Of a stretch of DNA of 64,000 nt, positions 50,901-64,000 are shown one piece after another. The notes below the pieces were generated by a model, which searched no databases, was not told the DNA's origin, and was given only the letters and a program-made list of their open reading frames with translations. A program made the translations under genes and the position numbers. How positions within the stretch are numbered: the first letter of the stretch is position 1; the number at the start of each line of letters is the position of its first letter. The stretch spans positions 345,216,001 to 345,280,000 of the forward strand of contig OZ024742.1 of assembly GCA_964016885.1 (NCBI GenBank). Direction: 5' to 3'. This DNA is from Eledone cirrhosa. Lineage: Eukaryota.

Positions 50901-53738
50901 GGGGCCATCGTGAACAACAAGTGGTGGTTTGCTCTGAAAAGAGCAATTAGAATAGAGTCCATTAGGTTTAGTAATGCTTTAGCAATAGAGAAAAATAGAG
51001 CAGAGGGAGAATTAGTTAGAAAATTAGACGAGGCGCTTAGCAATGGCATCGCGACCGACGTACTTGCGGCGAAATTGGCCCTTGACCAATTCTTCAATGC
51101 AAAGCACGAAGGCTGCGTTGTCAGAGTTAGGGTGCGTGCTCTCAGACACGAGGGGACGAAAGCCGTTCAATGGGCCCGAGGGGCGCAGGCGCGTCGTGGC
51201 AACATAGCCACGATCGGTCTTTGGTGGACCACGACGGGCGCATGCTACTCGATCCCGGGCAAATGTGTGAAGCTTTTCAGCGACACTTCGCACAGCTGTT
51301 CGGGGGAAGCGGCGGGCCGGATCGAGGGATGGACTTTAGTGTCTACCTCGACGGACTGTCGCGGCTCTCGGCCACTGAAGCGGAGTGTTGCGAAAAGCCG
51401 ATAACAGCCGCTGAAGTACTGCAGGCAATGACTGGCTGCACAAGGAGTAAATCGCCTGGTTTGGATGGTCTGCCCTATGAACTTTACGTACAGATGCAAG
51501 ACTTGTTCGGAGGCCTCTTGGCGGACGTCTACTGCAACTGGCAACAGAAAGGGAGAATTCCCAGCTCTGTGAGCCGAGGAGCTGTTGCGCTGCTGAGAAA
51601 GGATCCGAACAAGGGGGATAACATAGATAATTTCAGGCCCATAACTCTGCTAAATACAGAGTTCAAGATATGGGTCAAGGTGCTAGCAAAGAGGTTGGCT
51701 CTTGTCGTTGGTGTTCTGGTGGGAGAGGCGTAGACGTGCGCCATTCCCGACAGATCCATCCACGACAACCTCTACCTCATCCGATACATCGTAGAGAGGG
51801 TAGCTAGGGAACCTGGCACGGGTGGGTCCTTGATCAATTTAGATCAGTCGAAAGCTTTCGATAGGGTCGACCATCGTTATCTAGCGGCAGTCCTGAGGGC
51901 GGCTGGCTTTGGGCCCGTCTTCAGAGGCTGGATCGCTGCCATACACAGCGACATCTGCTCTGTGGTGAGAGTGAACGGTCACCTTTCGGATGTTCAACAT
52001 CATGCGCTCGGTCCGCCAAGGATGTCCCCTCTCCTCCCTCTTGTTATATTGACTCTCGAGCCATTACTGCACAAACTGGAGACGTTGAGGGGGGTCCCGC
52101 GCGAACTAGGATGCGGAAGATCCGTGTCAGCATATGCGGACGATGTCACCGTAGTGGTGTCGAACGCCAAACATATCGAGGCGATCGGCACTACACTAAG
52201 AGAATACGAAGCGGTGACAGGAGCAATGATCAACCGGGAAAAGTTAGTGGGCCTGCAGCTCGGCATCTGGAGAGGCAGGTCCATGCCGTCCAACAGCGTC
52301 GTCGGGCGCTGGACGGACGGACCGGTTAAATTGCTAGGGGTCTGGTTCGGTCCGGACCTCCAGACGGACAAAAACTGGGACGAGGTGACGAGCAGGGTAG
52401 CTTCTCTCACCCAGAATTGGGCGGAGAGGAAGCTATCCCTGAAAGGTCGAGCGGAGGTGGCTAACGCGTACATCGCGTCCGTCATCTACTACCGTCTGAC
52501 CGTCGTACCTTGTCCTAAGCCCCGCCTGACTGCGCTGGAGCCTTTGCTCTTTCGCTTTTTGTGGAAGGGACGCGCTCCGATGGTCAGGTGGTCCATCTGC
52601 TGTCAACACCTGCTACGTGGAGGGCTGGGCATGCCGTGGCTGATGATGCTCAGACACGCGCTCAGGCTACGACATATCCACCTCTTCCTCGACGGTGATC
52701 AGGCGTGGTCGCCGTTTGCTAGACACGTCTTTCCCCAGCTCGTCTCCTTGACGGAGCTGCAGTCCTGTGTCAAGCGAAGTCCGAGAGGGAGCGCTTGAAG
52801 ACTGGAATGTCTTCAGGCACACAGCCCTCGACCAATCGGGCAATGTGATCGGTGGAAACTCCACCTTGGCGTTCTATAGGGGATTAGTGGAGGGTAAGAG
52901 CGACGACGTACTTGGAGAAACTCTAGGCGTCGACGAAAATCAACTAGCCAATCTCTTCGGAAGGGCTTTCGGGCCGGGGCCAATGGACAACTTCCAGAAA
53001 TCCCTGGCCTGGCAGTGCTACCGGGGTGCTTTGCCAGTTCGGGATAAACTCTACAGGCATGGATGTGCCGTCAGCCGGGCATGTCCGAGATGCGCACAGG
53101 GCGACGAAACCGTCCTGCACGCACTCGTCCAGTGTCCGAGCATTGCTGACTTGTGGGTTTATGTCGAACACCTGCTGTCACGTGTAGGACGGATCCAGCT
53201 ATCAGCTGAGTCCATCGTGAGGATTGCCCCGCCCTCTTCCTTTAGCCGGGAAGGGCAGGCAGTTTTTATCTGTCTGGTGGCCATGGCGAAAGAGATAGTA
53301 TGGTGGACACGTTTGAAAGGGCTGAAGACGAGCACTTACCTCTTCGGTGATGCCCTGATTACCTTTTTCAAATTTCATTTGAAAAGGAAAATCAGGGTAG
53401 AGAGGGAAGTGCTCTCTTCCCAGCATTTTGTTGAAAGATGGGTGAGAGAAGCAAGTATGGCCCGAATGAATTGGCCTTCTCTGAGTATGTGTCTGTAATT
53501 AAAGGTGGAAAACTGGGAGAGGGCACTTGCCCTGGTGGTCAGGGTCACTGTGGTCTTTTAATGGGCTTTCTCCACAAATGTCCCTCGGAAGTCTCCCCCC
53601 TATTGGGGAATTTTTCTTTGTTATTTTATTACATCCTCTGTTTTTTACACGCAGAAATGCCCATTTGTACCGTCCTGTATTGTCCTGTACTGTCCTTAAT
53701 GTCTGCTTTATGTAAACCCTTGTGGTTAATAAAGAAAA

Positions 53739-53739
<1 letters not shown>
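47983..53739 (+). mobile_element. Full-length-appearing, degraded Tx1/L1-clade LINE in (ATT/ATC)n
   Basis: 5'UTR starts at 47983. ORF1 is frameshifted (48197-50050, CVVCGEGTHLRAFC knuckle). ORF2 is frameshifted (~50095-53498; APE, YADD RT, CPRC..H..C). The end CCCTTGTGGTT-AATAAA-GAAAAC is followed by (ATT)n. Confidence 0.94.
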
Positions 53740-53788
<49 letters not shown>

Positions 53789-53789
<1 letters not shown>

Positions 53790-53975
53790 GGGCGGTGTAT
53801 TGGCAGTATCGGTGGAGGGTCGGACGCCATGCTTTCCAGCATAGTTACGTCCCTTTACGATCTGAGTTCAAATCCCGCCGAGGTTGACTTTGCCTTTCAT
53901 CCTTACGGGGTCGATAAAATAAGGTACCAGTAATGCACTGGGTAATTTCTGGCCTTGTGCCTAATGTAGAAACAA
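53789..53975 (+). mobile_element. Full-length SINE immediately after the Tx1 (ATT)n tail
   Basis: Same consensus as the other copies. Confidence 0.9.
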
Positions 53976-54456
53976 TTATTATCATCATCATCACCATCAT
54001 CATCATCGTCGTCGTCGTCGTCATCATCATCATTATTATTATTATTATTATTAACAACGATATATAACTTAAGAAACTCTATATTTCACGACAATCAGTA
54101 TAGTTTTTTTGCAATGCCTTTGAGACTATAAGTCAAGTCATTCTGCTTAAGAATATTTTAATGTTAAAATGATTTAAATGCTGTGATTGTTTGCTAGAGA
54201 AAATGCACAGCAGCTTCCGATAATTAAACTATTGAGAAAGGATCATTAAAACAAAAGTCAATCAAACACCGTTTTCAGAAGTATATAATATGATTAAAAG
54301 ATAATTTGCTGAAGAGGAAACTAGAAAATTACAACCAACTTCGAAATATCGTAAACATTTAAAAAAATATGATCTGACTTGATAAAATCTTCTGTACTTG
54401 TGGTATTTGTTTATTTTTATGAAATAATAGCATCCATCTATATATGTAGACACACC

Positions 54457-54502
<46 letters not shown>

Positions 54503-54505
<3 letters not shown>

Positions 54506-54665
54506 CGAAGAAAGTGTGGTAAGGAACCACATGTACCATAATCCACCAGAGTACTCAATACTTAGGGTAGTAGAGTGGGTTATAGGAAAAAGTTTAACCC
54601 GACGGCAGGGCTCATAGCCGTCGAAACGGTTTGAGCTCTGCCGTCGAGTTTAAACTTTTTCCTAT
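54503..54665. mobile_element. (TA)n-bounded PLE 3'-end remnant with hairpin
   Basis: Hairpin at 54589-54660 contains a half-hammerhead GAAA-CGG..CCG-TC. A related copy lies at 55397-55535. Confidence 0.55.
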
Positions 54666-54706
54666 ATATATATATATATATAAATATATATCTATATACA
54701 TATACA

Positions 54707-54784
<78 letters not shown>

Positions 54785-54879
54785 GTAAATACCCTACGAT
54801 CACGAACGACCAAGGGATTTGCACCGAGAAAGTTCCCCTCTGAGGCAGAAGTCCGGGAAAGATCGTTTATAGAAGACTA

Positions 54880-55125
54880 ACTGTCACCCATATATATCAG
54901 CCTCCCCTCTCCACGCCACCGATGATGTCCAAGGGAAAGGCAATGGCCGATACATCTTTGCACCAGTGACGTCACAACTCGTTTCTATAGGTGAGTAAGC
55001 TCGAGCAACGAGAAATAGAGTGCCTTGCTCAAGATCGCAAAGCCCTATTGTGGATTCGAAGTCACAATCTCAAGATTGTAAGCCCCATTGTAAGCCCGAT
55101 TTTAAGCCCACTAAACCATATGCCT
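54880..55125 (-). mobile_element. Second tRNA-derived SINE family, degraded
   Basis: Minus strand has a B-box-like ACTTCGAATCC and CTTGAGCAAGGCAC. Related pieces lie at ~4685-4800, 58620-58830 and 59200-59490. Confidence 0.55.
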
Positions 55126-55132
55126 TCGCACG

Positions 55133-55180
<48 letters not shown>

Positions 55181-55182
55181 CA

Positions 55183-55367
55183 CAGGGTGGCCCAAAAGTC
55201 ATACAGGGGTTTTAGTTTTTATTAACTTCCTGAATTGCACAGATTGATGTATGAAATTTTGAGACAACTTAAAGGACACTCCTTGTCACACCTCTACATT
55301 ACTAAATATTATAAAATAAAAAAATTATAAACAGTTGCGACACCTGTGTCACTTTTGGGTCACACTG
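55183..55367. mobile_element. Tc1/mariner-type MITE
   Basis: Imperfect TIRs CAGGGTGGCCCAAAAGT and ACTTTTGGGTCACACTG, followed by TA. Confidence 0.7.
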
Positions 55368-55382
55368 TATGTGTATATATAT

Positions 55383-55413
<31 letters not shown>

Positions 55414-56107
55414 CATAACGAAGTAAGTGTGGTAAGGACCCAGGTGGACCATTACGCACCAGAGTACATGATACTTTGGGTAGTAGAGTGGGTAATACGA
55501 AAAGAGTCAGAACTCCGGGTCTCTGACACTTTTCATATATATATATATATATTTATTTATTTATGTAATAAACAACATAAGACAATTATTTTATTTACCA
55601 AAGGTATCACGCAGACAGACGAGCTCGACACAAACGTTTGAAATCGTTCATCAGAAGGAAATTTTGTTTAAAACGGATGTGAGATATGGATTTCAAAACA
55701 AAGTCTAGAACAATTGAAAGCGAGGCTGATATAAAATAAAATAACGGACGTAATGGAAAGGGGAAAATAATAAATGCATATTTCGTTTCTGAATTTGTTT
55801 AGTAAGATTCTTTATCTGAAAACGTGTGTTGAAACCGATATTGTTATGCTTTGGGAGGGTCATGTTGCCAATAAGAAACACACGCACCAGTTACTTTCAC
55901 TCAAATTTATTATAAATTAAATTTATAAGTTTAAGAATTTATAAATTTCCAGTTGGTTGGTTGGTTCCATAACGGACGGTTGTTCATATGTTGTCAAAGT
56001 TCTTCGTCACACATTCTGTGACCTCTTCAGTGACTGGGGCTTCTTTTCTTTGTTTTGTGCCTCTCCTTTGTTCTGTCCTACGCCATCTTGTTTTTGTGTG
56101 TAAATGC

Positions 56108-56147
<40 letters not shown>

Positions 56148-56432
56148 CACATACATATATAAGCATCGACCCATGCATATACTTATACTCACACACATAC
56201 ACATACGTACATGTACACATACATATGTATACAAACACATATATATATATATAGATACACACGTACACTTACACACGAGTATACATACGTACACATACAC
56301 ATACACATATCTATAAATATATGTATATAAACATATACATACATACCCGCACACATACATATATACATACATGTACACATGCATACACATAAATATGCAT
56401 ACATATATACACACACATATAGATAGATATAT

Positions 56433-56505
<73 letters not shown>

Positions 56506-56777
56506 CATAAACATATACATACAAACACGCACACACACATGTATATGAATCAATATACAATAGTACATACGCACACGAATATTTACATCCAAAATAGTTC
56601 AGTAGCTGATTAAGCAGGCAAGAAAGAAAATTATTAAAGATAAAAAATAAAAATAAAACTAAAATTAAATGCACGTTTGCACGTACGCGCGACGTATCTA
56701 TAAACACAGTGGTGGACAAATACAAGAAAATAAAGAATTAAGAAATTAAAAAATATTTGTATATATGTGATATATAT

Positions 56778-57420
56778 ATCGTAAAGATACATAGATGTTA
56801 GTGTTGTCATTAACAGTGTCATATTTAAAGAGTGAAGGTGATGTGGTCAGTATCAGTGGATGCTACCAAGATTATAAAAGAATAATACAACAATTATAGA
56901 GGAATTAAAGAAGAAAGTTACTCGCAAAACGAGGACATTAGCAGTACATATGCAAGCGTATAGAAAGAGTGTATGCCTAACACATCTGCACTCTTTCTAT
57001 ACGCTTGCATATGTACTGCTAATGTCCTCGTTTTGCGAGTAACTTTATTCTTTAATTCCTCTATAATTGTTGTATTATTCTTTTATAATCTTGGTAGCAC
57101 CCACTGATACTGACCACATCACCTTCACTCTTTAAATATGACACTGTTAATGACAACACTAACATCTATGTATCTTTACGATTGTTCTATGGAATAGGAG
57201 GTTAATTATATGTCTAAACTTTTCTAGTGCTCCGATGAAACCAAACGAAAGTTTGGAAGAAACGATTGTCAGCAATACAATGTTTTGAACATAGTTTTGA
57301 TTATTCTGTAATTTATATTCCGTCTCTGTAAAACATCTGATGTATTTACATTGAGGTATTTTTCTTACTGGTAATAAGGTGGTAATGAATTACTGACCTT
57401 TCCTGTTTATTATTATATAT
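56778..57420 (+). mobile_element. PLE remnant: ~190-bp-arm inverted repeat followed by a hammerhead-like motif
   Basis: Arms at 56778-56970 and 56989-57182. 57228-57274 reads TGCT-CCGATGA-aaCCAAACgaaaGTTTGGaa-GAAA-CgattG-TC-AGCA, with a U4-to-C change in the core. Confidence 0.7.
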
Positions 57421-57444
57421 AGTGTATATATAAGTATAAATAAT

Positions 57445-57627
57445 TGTTTCTACTTTTGGCACAAGGCCAGCAATTACAGTGTATTACTGGTACTTTATTT
57501 TATCGACCTCGTAAGGATGAAAGGCAAAGTTAACCTCGGCAGGATTTGAACTCAGACCGTAAAGGGACGTAACTATGCTCGAAAGATGGCGTCCGACCCT
57601 CTACCAATACTGCCAATCCACTGCCCG
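57445..57627 (-). mobile_element. Full-length SINE, 18-bp TSD
   Basis: TSD TATATAAGTATAAATAAT at 57427-57444 and 57628-57645. Confidence 0.92.
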
Positions 57628-57641
57628 TATATAAGTATAAA

Positions 57642-57962
<321 letters not shown>

Positions 57963-57966
57963 GTAC

Positions 57967-58010
<44 letters not shown>

Positions 58011-60778
58011 GTACAGGGATATGCATCTCATACATACAAACATGCACATATATATATTTATATACAAACTCACGAATATATATATATATATACATATAGT
58101 AATAATAATAAATGTGAAGACTAAAATACGAAGAGGGTTTTAAAAAGGATAATGTATATATCAAATATATAAGAACCATAGAGGAAATATTTATTAAAAT
58201 AACTGATTAAATTTATGCAAAGAATCGCTGCTTTCACCTTTATACATGTATATGTATATATAAGGAGAATAGGATAGCTGTGTAGTTGCCAGTAAAGTTA
58301 AGCTTAAAAATGGAATGAGAATAAGAAGAAAGCAAGAACGGGGGGTGGGTGTGGGTCCTCATCAGTTGTCTACTGGGGGGTCTCGGATATTTCAACGCTT
58401 TAAAGACAATATATCTACTTCCACACACATATATATATATATATCAAATGCAATGAAAGGATATTTGTGTTTGTGTGCATGTGTGCATGAGTGTGCTTGT
58501 TTGTGTGTGTGCGTAAGCGTGTGTGTTTTTTTAAACTTCAATGATTTCATATGACGAATGTTAGAAACTGGATTCTATGAAGAACGTTATCTCGTCTGTC
58601 TATCTCGTGTATAGACACAAATGGTGAGATAGTTAAGGTGTTCCCGACTCTGACGTTCGTTTAGAAGGCATCTGGTCTAGTTATGACACTGGCCTCATTA
58701 TCATAATGTTGAAGGCTCAATAACCAAATAGGGTGTCATGTTATGTCATTGAGCAAGGTGCTCCAGTTCATATTGCCCCAGTTTATTCAGCTGCATTTGG
58801 AGCTTAGCCCTGTGACAGAAGGGCGTGCATTCCTTGGGGCGTATTGTATTTTGAGTAACTTAAATTTCATGTAATCTGGAACCTCCAATAACAGCACTTG
58901 TACTTGATACGTATAACGGTTAACAACAAACAAATGTGTATCTCAGACTACATTATTCAATGTGACTCGTTTTACGACCAGGTATCTTCATAATATCTAT
59001 AGTTAAGGTAATCGATACACAATGTTGATTGATACACTAGCGACAGCCAAAACTTATTTTCCTTTCCGGATTGTTTGGTGTGGTGGGTGGGAGAGGGGGG
59101 GGGAGAAGAAAAAGAAAAAGGAAACAAACGATGCTATCCGCCGATCAAAATCTCTAGGGAAAAGCGGCAATGTGAAATGAAATATATCGATCACAAGATG
59201 ACAACTGGTCAGGGAATTGAACCCCTTACATATGATCATAAGTTCAAAACTCTTGCCACAAGCTACATGCCTTCACAAATAAAATAGCCATATCGTCCCA
59301 TCGGACCAAGTAAATAATGTTTCCATTGGTCTCTCCATTGCTGGTGTTATCAGCCAGTCGCAATCTCTTGGCAAAATTCTCCGTTTTTATTCGATGTGAA
59401 ATATTTTGCCGGAGGAAAACAACAGACCACCCGGTCCAGGAATTGAACCCACGACGTTATGACCATGAGTCGAATACTCTAACCACTTGACTTCGAACCT
59501 TTAGAAACTTTCACCGAGATATCTACACCTTAATAAAATATGATTCTAAATGTAATAGCGTTTCTCTAATGGGTTTGATGCTAAATTTGTTGTACCACAG
59601 CTTGATAGGTCACACTTTTAGCTAGTTTAGGTATCCCTAATGCGTTTGATACTAAATTTGTTGGCTGATCACTGCATCACACAGCTTGAGTGGGAACGTT
59701 CGCTCTCAAAATGGATATAAACTTACGTAAGTGGATTGGATTCCTCATGGAAATAACACCATACATGATATCCTAATATCAGATAGGGAACAATGATAAT
59801 GTGTGGTGCCTTATCAACTGACTTCGTTACTAATCACTATTCTAATTACATGTATATTTAATTATTGTACTGAATGCTGAAACCTTAACAGTAATGTAAC
59901 AACAATGCAACTATCGCAACTTACGAGGAAACGTTAGATTCATAAGCCAGTTAATATTTAAATCAATCATGAGGACGCATTTTAAAATTCATTCAACGTG
60001 TTCTCCTAATTTCGGTACGTGCCTCCAAATTCGATTCACAATTTCCATTGAGATACTTTAGAATGTACACTGTATAAACAAACATATGTGGAAGGAGCAG
60101 AATACCGATTGGACCTCTACGCTTTTATTCGATGTGTTGGGAGTAGCTGTCAAATTATTTTTAATTTACAAACTAACATCTCACAACGGAGAGGGACACT
60201 TTGGGAAAATGTAGTCCTAACTTTAGAAGACATAGTCGGAGGCTAGCTGGCTGTGTAGTATATTAATCATAACCTCCAGCTCCAGCCTGCCAGCCACTAT
60301 TACTGTGATTTGCTGATCTCGTAGCAGATAATGGTACACGTGGGAAACCGACACCGATTGACAATGTAGTGGTAAGGTCGAATTTTGGAAATCCCTAATA
60401 GGACTGCTGGCTGATGAGAATTCCATTATCCGGATTTTCTGGTTATGAATTTATTATTAATCGATGATCGGCGGATAGTTCACGGATTCTATACTAGCAT
60501 AATGTACATGTTATACTCCGGCAGATTATTGTGTGCCAGATACTGACTGTTACAATTGATGAAATTTTGAGTACTTTAACGGTTCTATATGTTAATCTGT
60601 CGCTACAATAATTACACTAGTTTCATAGCTTATGCCTCTGGCTGGGAATGTTGTCTTACAATTAATCCTATGCAGGTGCTCCAAATATATTTGTTGAGCA
60701 AATTGTATATCAATATATATATATATATATATTGGATATCAATATATATATATATATATTGGATATCAATATATATAT

Positions 60779-61345
<567 letters not shown>

Positions 61346-61444
61346 GATATGTATATTGATATGTATATATATGTGTGTGTTTGTGTGTGCATGCGCGCGT
61401 GTGTTTTTGTGTGTGCGCGTGTGTGTGTGTATGTCCATATATAC

Positions 61445-61475
<31 letters not shown>

Positions 61476-61633
61476 GAGAGAGAGAGATTTTGAGTTTATG
61501 TTGGTTGTATACCAACACCTAAGTATGCAGGCTGGAGCACTCGACGAAGTGCGCAAGTTGGTTTGGTTACTCCGGTGTAGTGTAAAATAAAGTTAAATAA
61601 AAGTCAAATGATTAAAATTTAGCTTCGTTTATT

Positions 61634-61688
61634 ACTGCTATATATATTTCAGTGACAGCCATCTTTGGCTGTGACCTCTTCAGGCAGT
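61634..61688 (-). ncRNA. Minimal type I hammerhead
   Basis: Minus strand reads ACTGC-CTGAAGA-GGTCACAGC..GCTGTCACT-GAAA-TATATA-TA-GCAGT. Confidence 0.82.
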
Positions 61689-62139
61689 TTGAATTAGTAT
61701 GGTATAGACAAGTACATATGTTGTTGAGGTGTATAATATTGTCAATACTCCGATATGCCCAGTTCCCACAAACACTACAGGGAGCCTCACCCCAGAAAGA
61801 ATTCTATAGACTTCTGACTGAGGAATGCTCTCAGAACTGACCAATGGGAAGTTTGACACTTTTTTGGTTATTTTGTTCCTTTAACACCTTGTCCCTTCTA
61901 CCATTTTATCAATTTTTTAAGCTAACACCAACAATAACAACACTTAGAATGAGGAATGTTCTAATAACTGACCAATGAGAGGAGAAGAGGACCTTTGACA
62001 CTGAAATTCGTTTGTTTGAATTCATATGATTCCAGTTCCTCAGTGAATTAACAATCCAACCAGGAACTGGGCATATCAGAGTATTGACAATATTATACAC
62101 CTCAACAACATATGTACTTGTCTATACCATACTAATTCA

Positions 62140-62194
62140 ACTGCCTGAAGAGGTCACAGCCAAAGATCGCTGTCACTGAAATATATATAGCAGT
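62140..62194 (+). ncRNA. Minimal type I hammerhead
   Basis: ACTGC-CTGAAGA-GGTCACAGC-caaagatc-GCTGTCACT-GAAA-TATATA-TA-GCAGT. Confidence 0.82.
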
Positions 62195-62449
62195 AATAAA
62201 CGAAGCTAAATTTTAAACATTTGACTTTTTATTTAACTTTATTTTATATATATATATATATGTATATATGTAGGTCGAGAGATAAATAATAGGGGAGAGA
62301 GGTAGAGGGAAACGAGACAGAGAGAGAGGATGGGAGAGATATAGTGTTGAGAGAGAGACGGGGAGGAGAGTGAGAGAGATTAAAGAAAGAGAGAAATCTG
62401 ATGAACGAGAAGCGAAAGAAGAGGAAGAGAGAGGAAATAACCATATTTC

Positions 62450-64000
62450 TCACACTGTAGTGTCATATCACATTGTAGAGTCATATCACACTGTAGTGTC
62501 ATATCACATTGTAGAGTCATATCACACTGTAGAGTCATATCACACTGTAGTGTCATATCACATTGTAGTGTAATATCACATTGTAGTGTCATATCACATT
62601 GTAGTGTCATATCACATTGCAGTGTCATATCACATTGTAGTGTCATATCACATTGTAGTGTCATATGACACTGTAGTGTCATATGACACTACAGTGTCAT
62701 GTCACATTGTAGTGTCATATGACACTGTAGTGTCATATCACACTGTAGGGTCATATCACACTGTAGGGTCATATCACACTGTAGTGTCATATCACATTAC
62801 AGTGTTCATATCACATTGAAGTGTCATATGACACTGTAGTGTCATATCACACTAGAGTGTCATATCACATTGTAGCATCATATCACATTGTAGTGCCATA
62901 TGACACTGTAGTGTCATATCACACTGTAATGTCATATCACACTACAGTGTTCATATCACATTGTAGTGTCATATCACATTGTAGTATCATATGACACTGT
63001 AGCATCACATTGTAGTGTAATATAACATTGTAGTGTGATATGACACTGAAGTGTAATATGAGAGTGTAGTCTCATATCGCAGTACAGTGTCATATCACAG
63101 TGTAGTGTCGTATCACATTGTAGTGTCATATGACTCTGTAATGTCAAATGACACTACAATGTGATAAGTCACTACCATGTGATATGACAATATAGTGTGA
63201 TATGACACTACAGTGTCATATCACTCTGTAGTCTCATATCACGCTCCAGTGTCATAACACATTGAAAGTATCACATCACATTGTAGTATCATATCACATT
63301 GTAGTGTCATATCACATTGTAATGTCATATCAGATTGTAGTGTCACATGACACTGTAGTGACATATCACACTACAGTGTCATATGACACTGTAGTGTCAT
63401 ATCACATTGTAGTGGCATATCACATTGTAGTGTCATGTCACATTGTAGTGGCATATCACACTACAGTGTCATATCACACTACAGTGTCATATCACATTGT
63501 AGTGTCGTATCACATTGTAGTGTCATATGACACTGTAGTGTCATATCACACTAGAGTGTCATATCATATTGTAGTGTCATATCACACTGTAGTGTTATAT
63601 GAAACTGTACTGTTATATCACACTACAGAGTCATATCACGTTGTAGTGTCATATCACATTGTAGTGTCATATCACATTGTAGTGTCATATGACACTGTAG
63701 TGTCTTGTGACACTGTAGTGTCATATCACACAACAGTGTCATATCACATTGTAGCATCATATCACATTGTAGTGCCATAAGACACTGTAGTGTCATATCA
63801 CACTGTAGTGTCATATCACACTACAGTGTCCATATCACATTGTAGTGTCATATCACATTGTAGTATCATATGACACTGTAGTATCACATTGTAGTGTCAT
63901 ATCACATTGTAGTATCATATGACACCGTAGTATCACATTGTAGTGTCATATCACATTGTAATGTCATATGACACTGAAGTGTCATATGACAGTGTAGTGT
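62450..64000. repeat. 18-bp tandem satellite (CATATCACATTGTAGTGT), runs off the window
   Basis: Direct reading, roughly 85 units. Confidence 0.96.

Larger units (their letters stand above)
61585..62245. mobile_element. PLE remnant with ~180-bp terminal inverted arms, each with a hammerhead
   Basis: Arms at 61585-61767 and 62062-62245. Confidence 0.78.

Noticed and set aside
59430-59490. tRNA-like segment on minus strand
   Set aside because: Only A/B-box-like remnants without a cloverleaf; it is a decayed SINE head.
60410-60450. CTGATGA followed by a small hairpin
   Set aside because: No GAAA or stem I/III, so likely chance.
62450-64000. CRISPR-like array or repetitive protein (SYHIVV repeats)
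   Set aside because: The 18-bp units are contiguous with no unique spacers, and indels break the frame. It is eukaryotic satellite DNA.

Overview
This is AT-rich, microsatellite-laden animal intergenic or intronic DNA. The SINE families and repeat landscape resemble cephalopod (octopus-like) genomes, which is an inference. I see no host protein-coding gene; nearly all interpretable sequence is transposon-derived. (1) There are three Tx1/L1-clade LINEs. One (39940-45081, minus) has an intact 1145-aa APE-RT-zinc-finger ORF2 and sits in (GATA)n; the other two end in, or sit in, (ATT)n. (2) There are two degraded Penelope-like elements (RT + GIY-YIG) and many short (TA)n-bounded inverted-repeat remnants. 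Together these carry about ten recognisable type I hammerhead ribozyme motifs, several with unusually long stem II. (3) There is a degraded autonomous Helitron, a Rep-deleted Helitron inserted into a hammerhead loop, and non-autonomous Helitrons in CTAG|TC head-to-tail chains. (4) A tRNA-derived SINE is present in more than 15 copies; its 3' tail and ATTAT-initial target-site duplications point to the ATT-associated Tx1 as its partner. (5) Smaller features are an RTE-like inverted insertion, a Tc1/mariner MITE, a 41-bp minisatellite, an 18-bp quasi-palindromic satellite and many microsatellites. All folds and alignments were done by eye.
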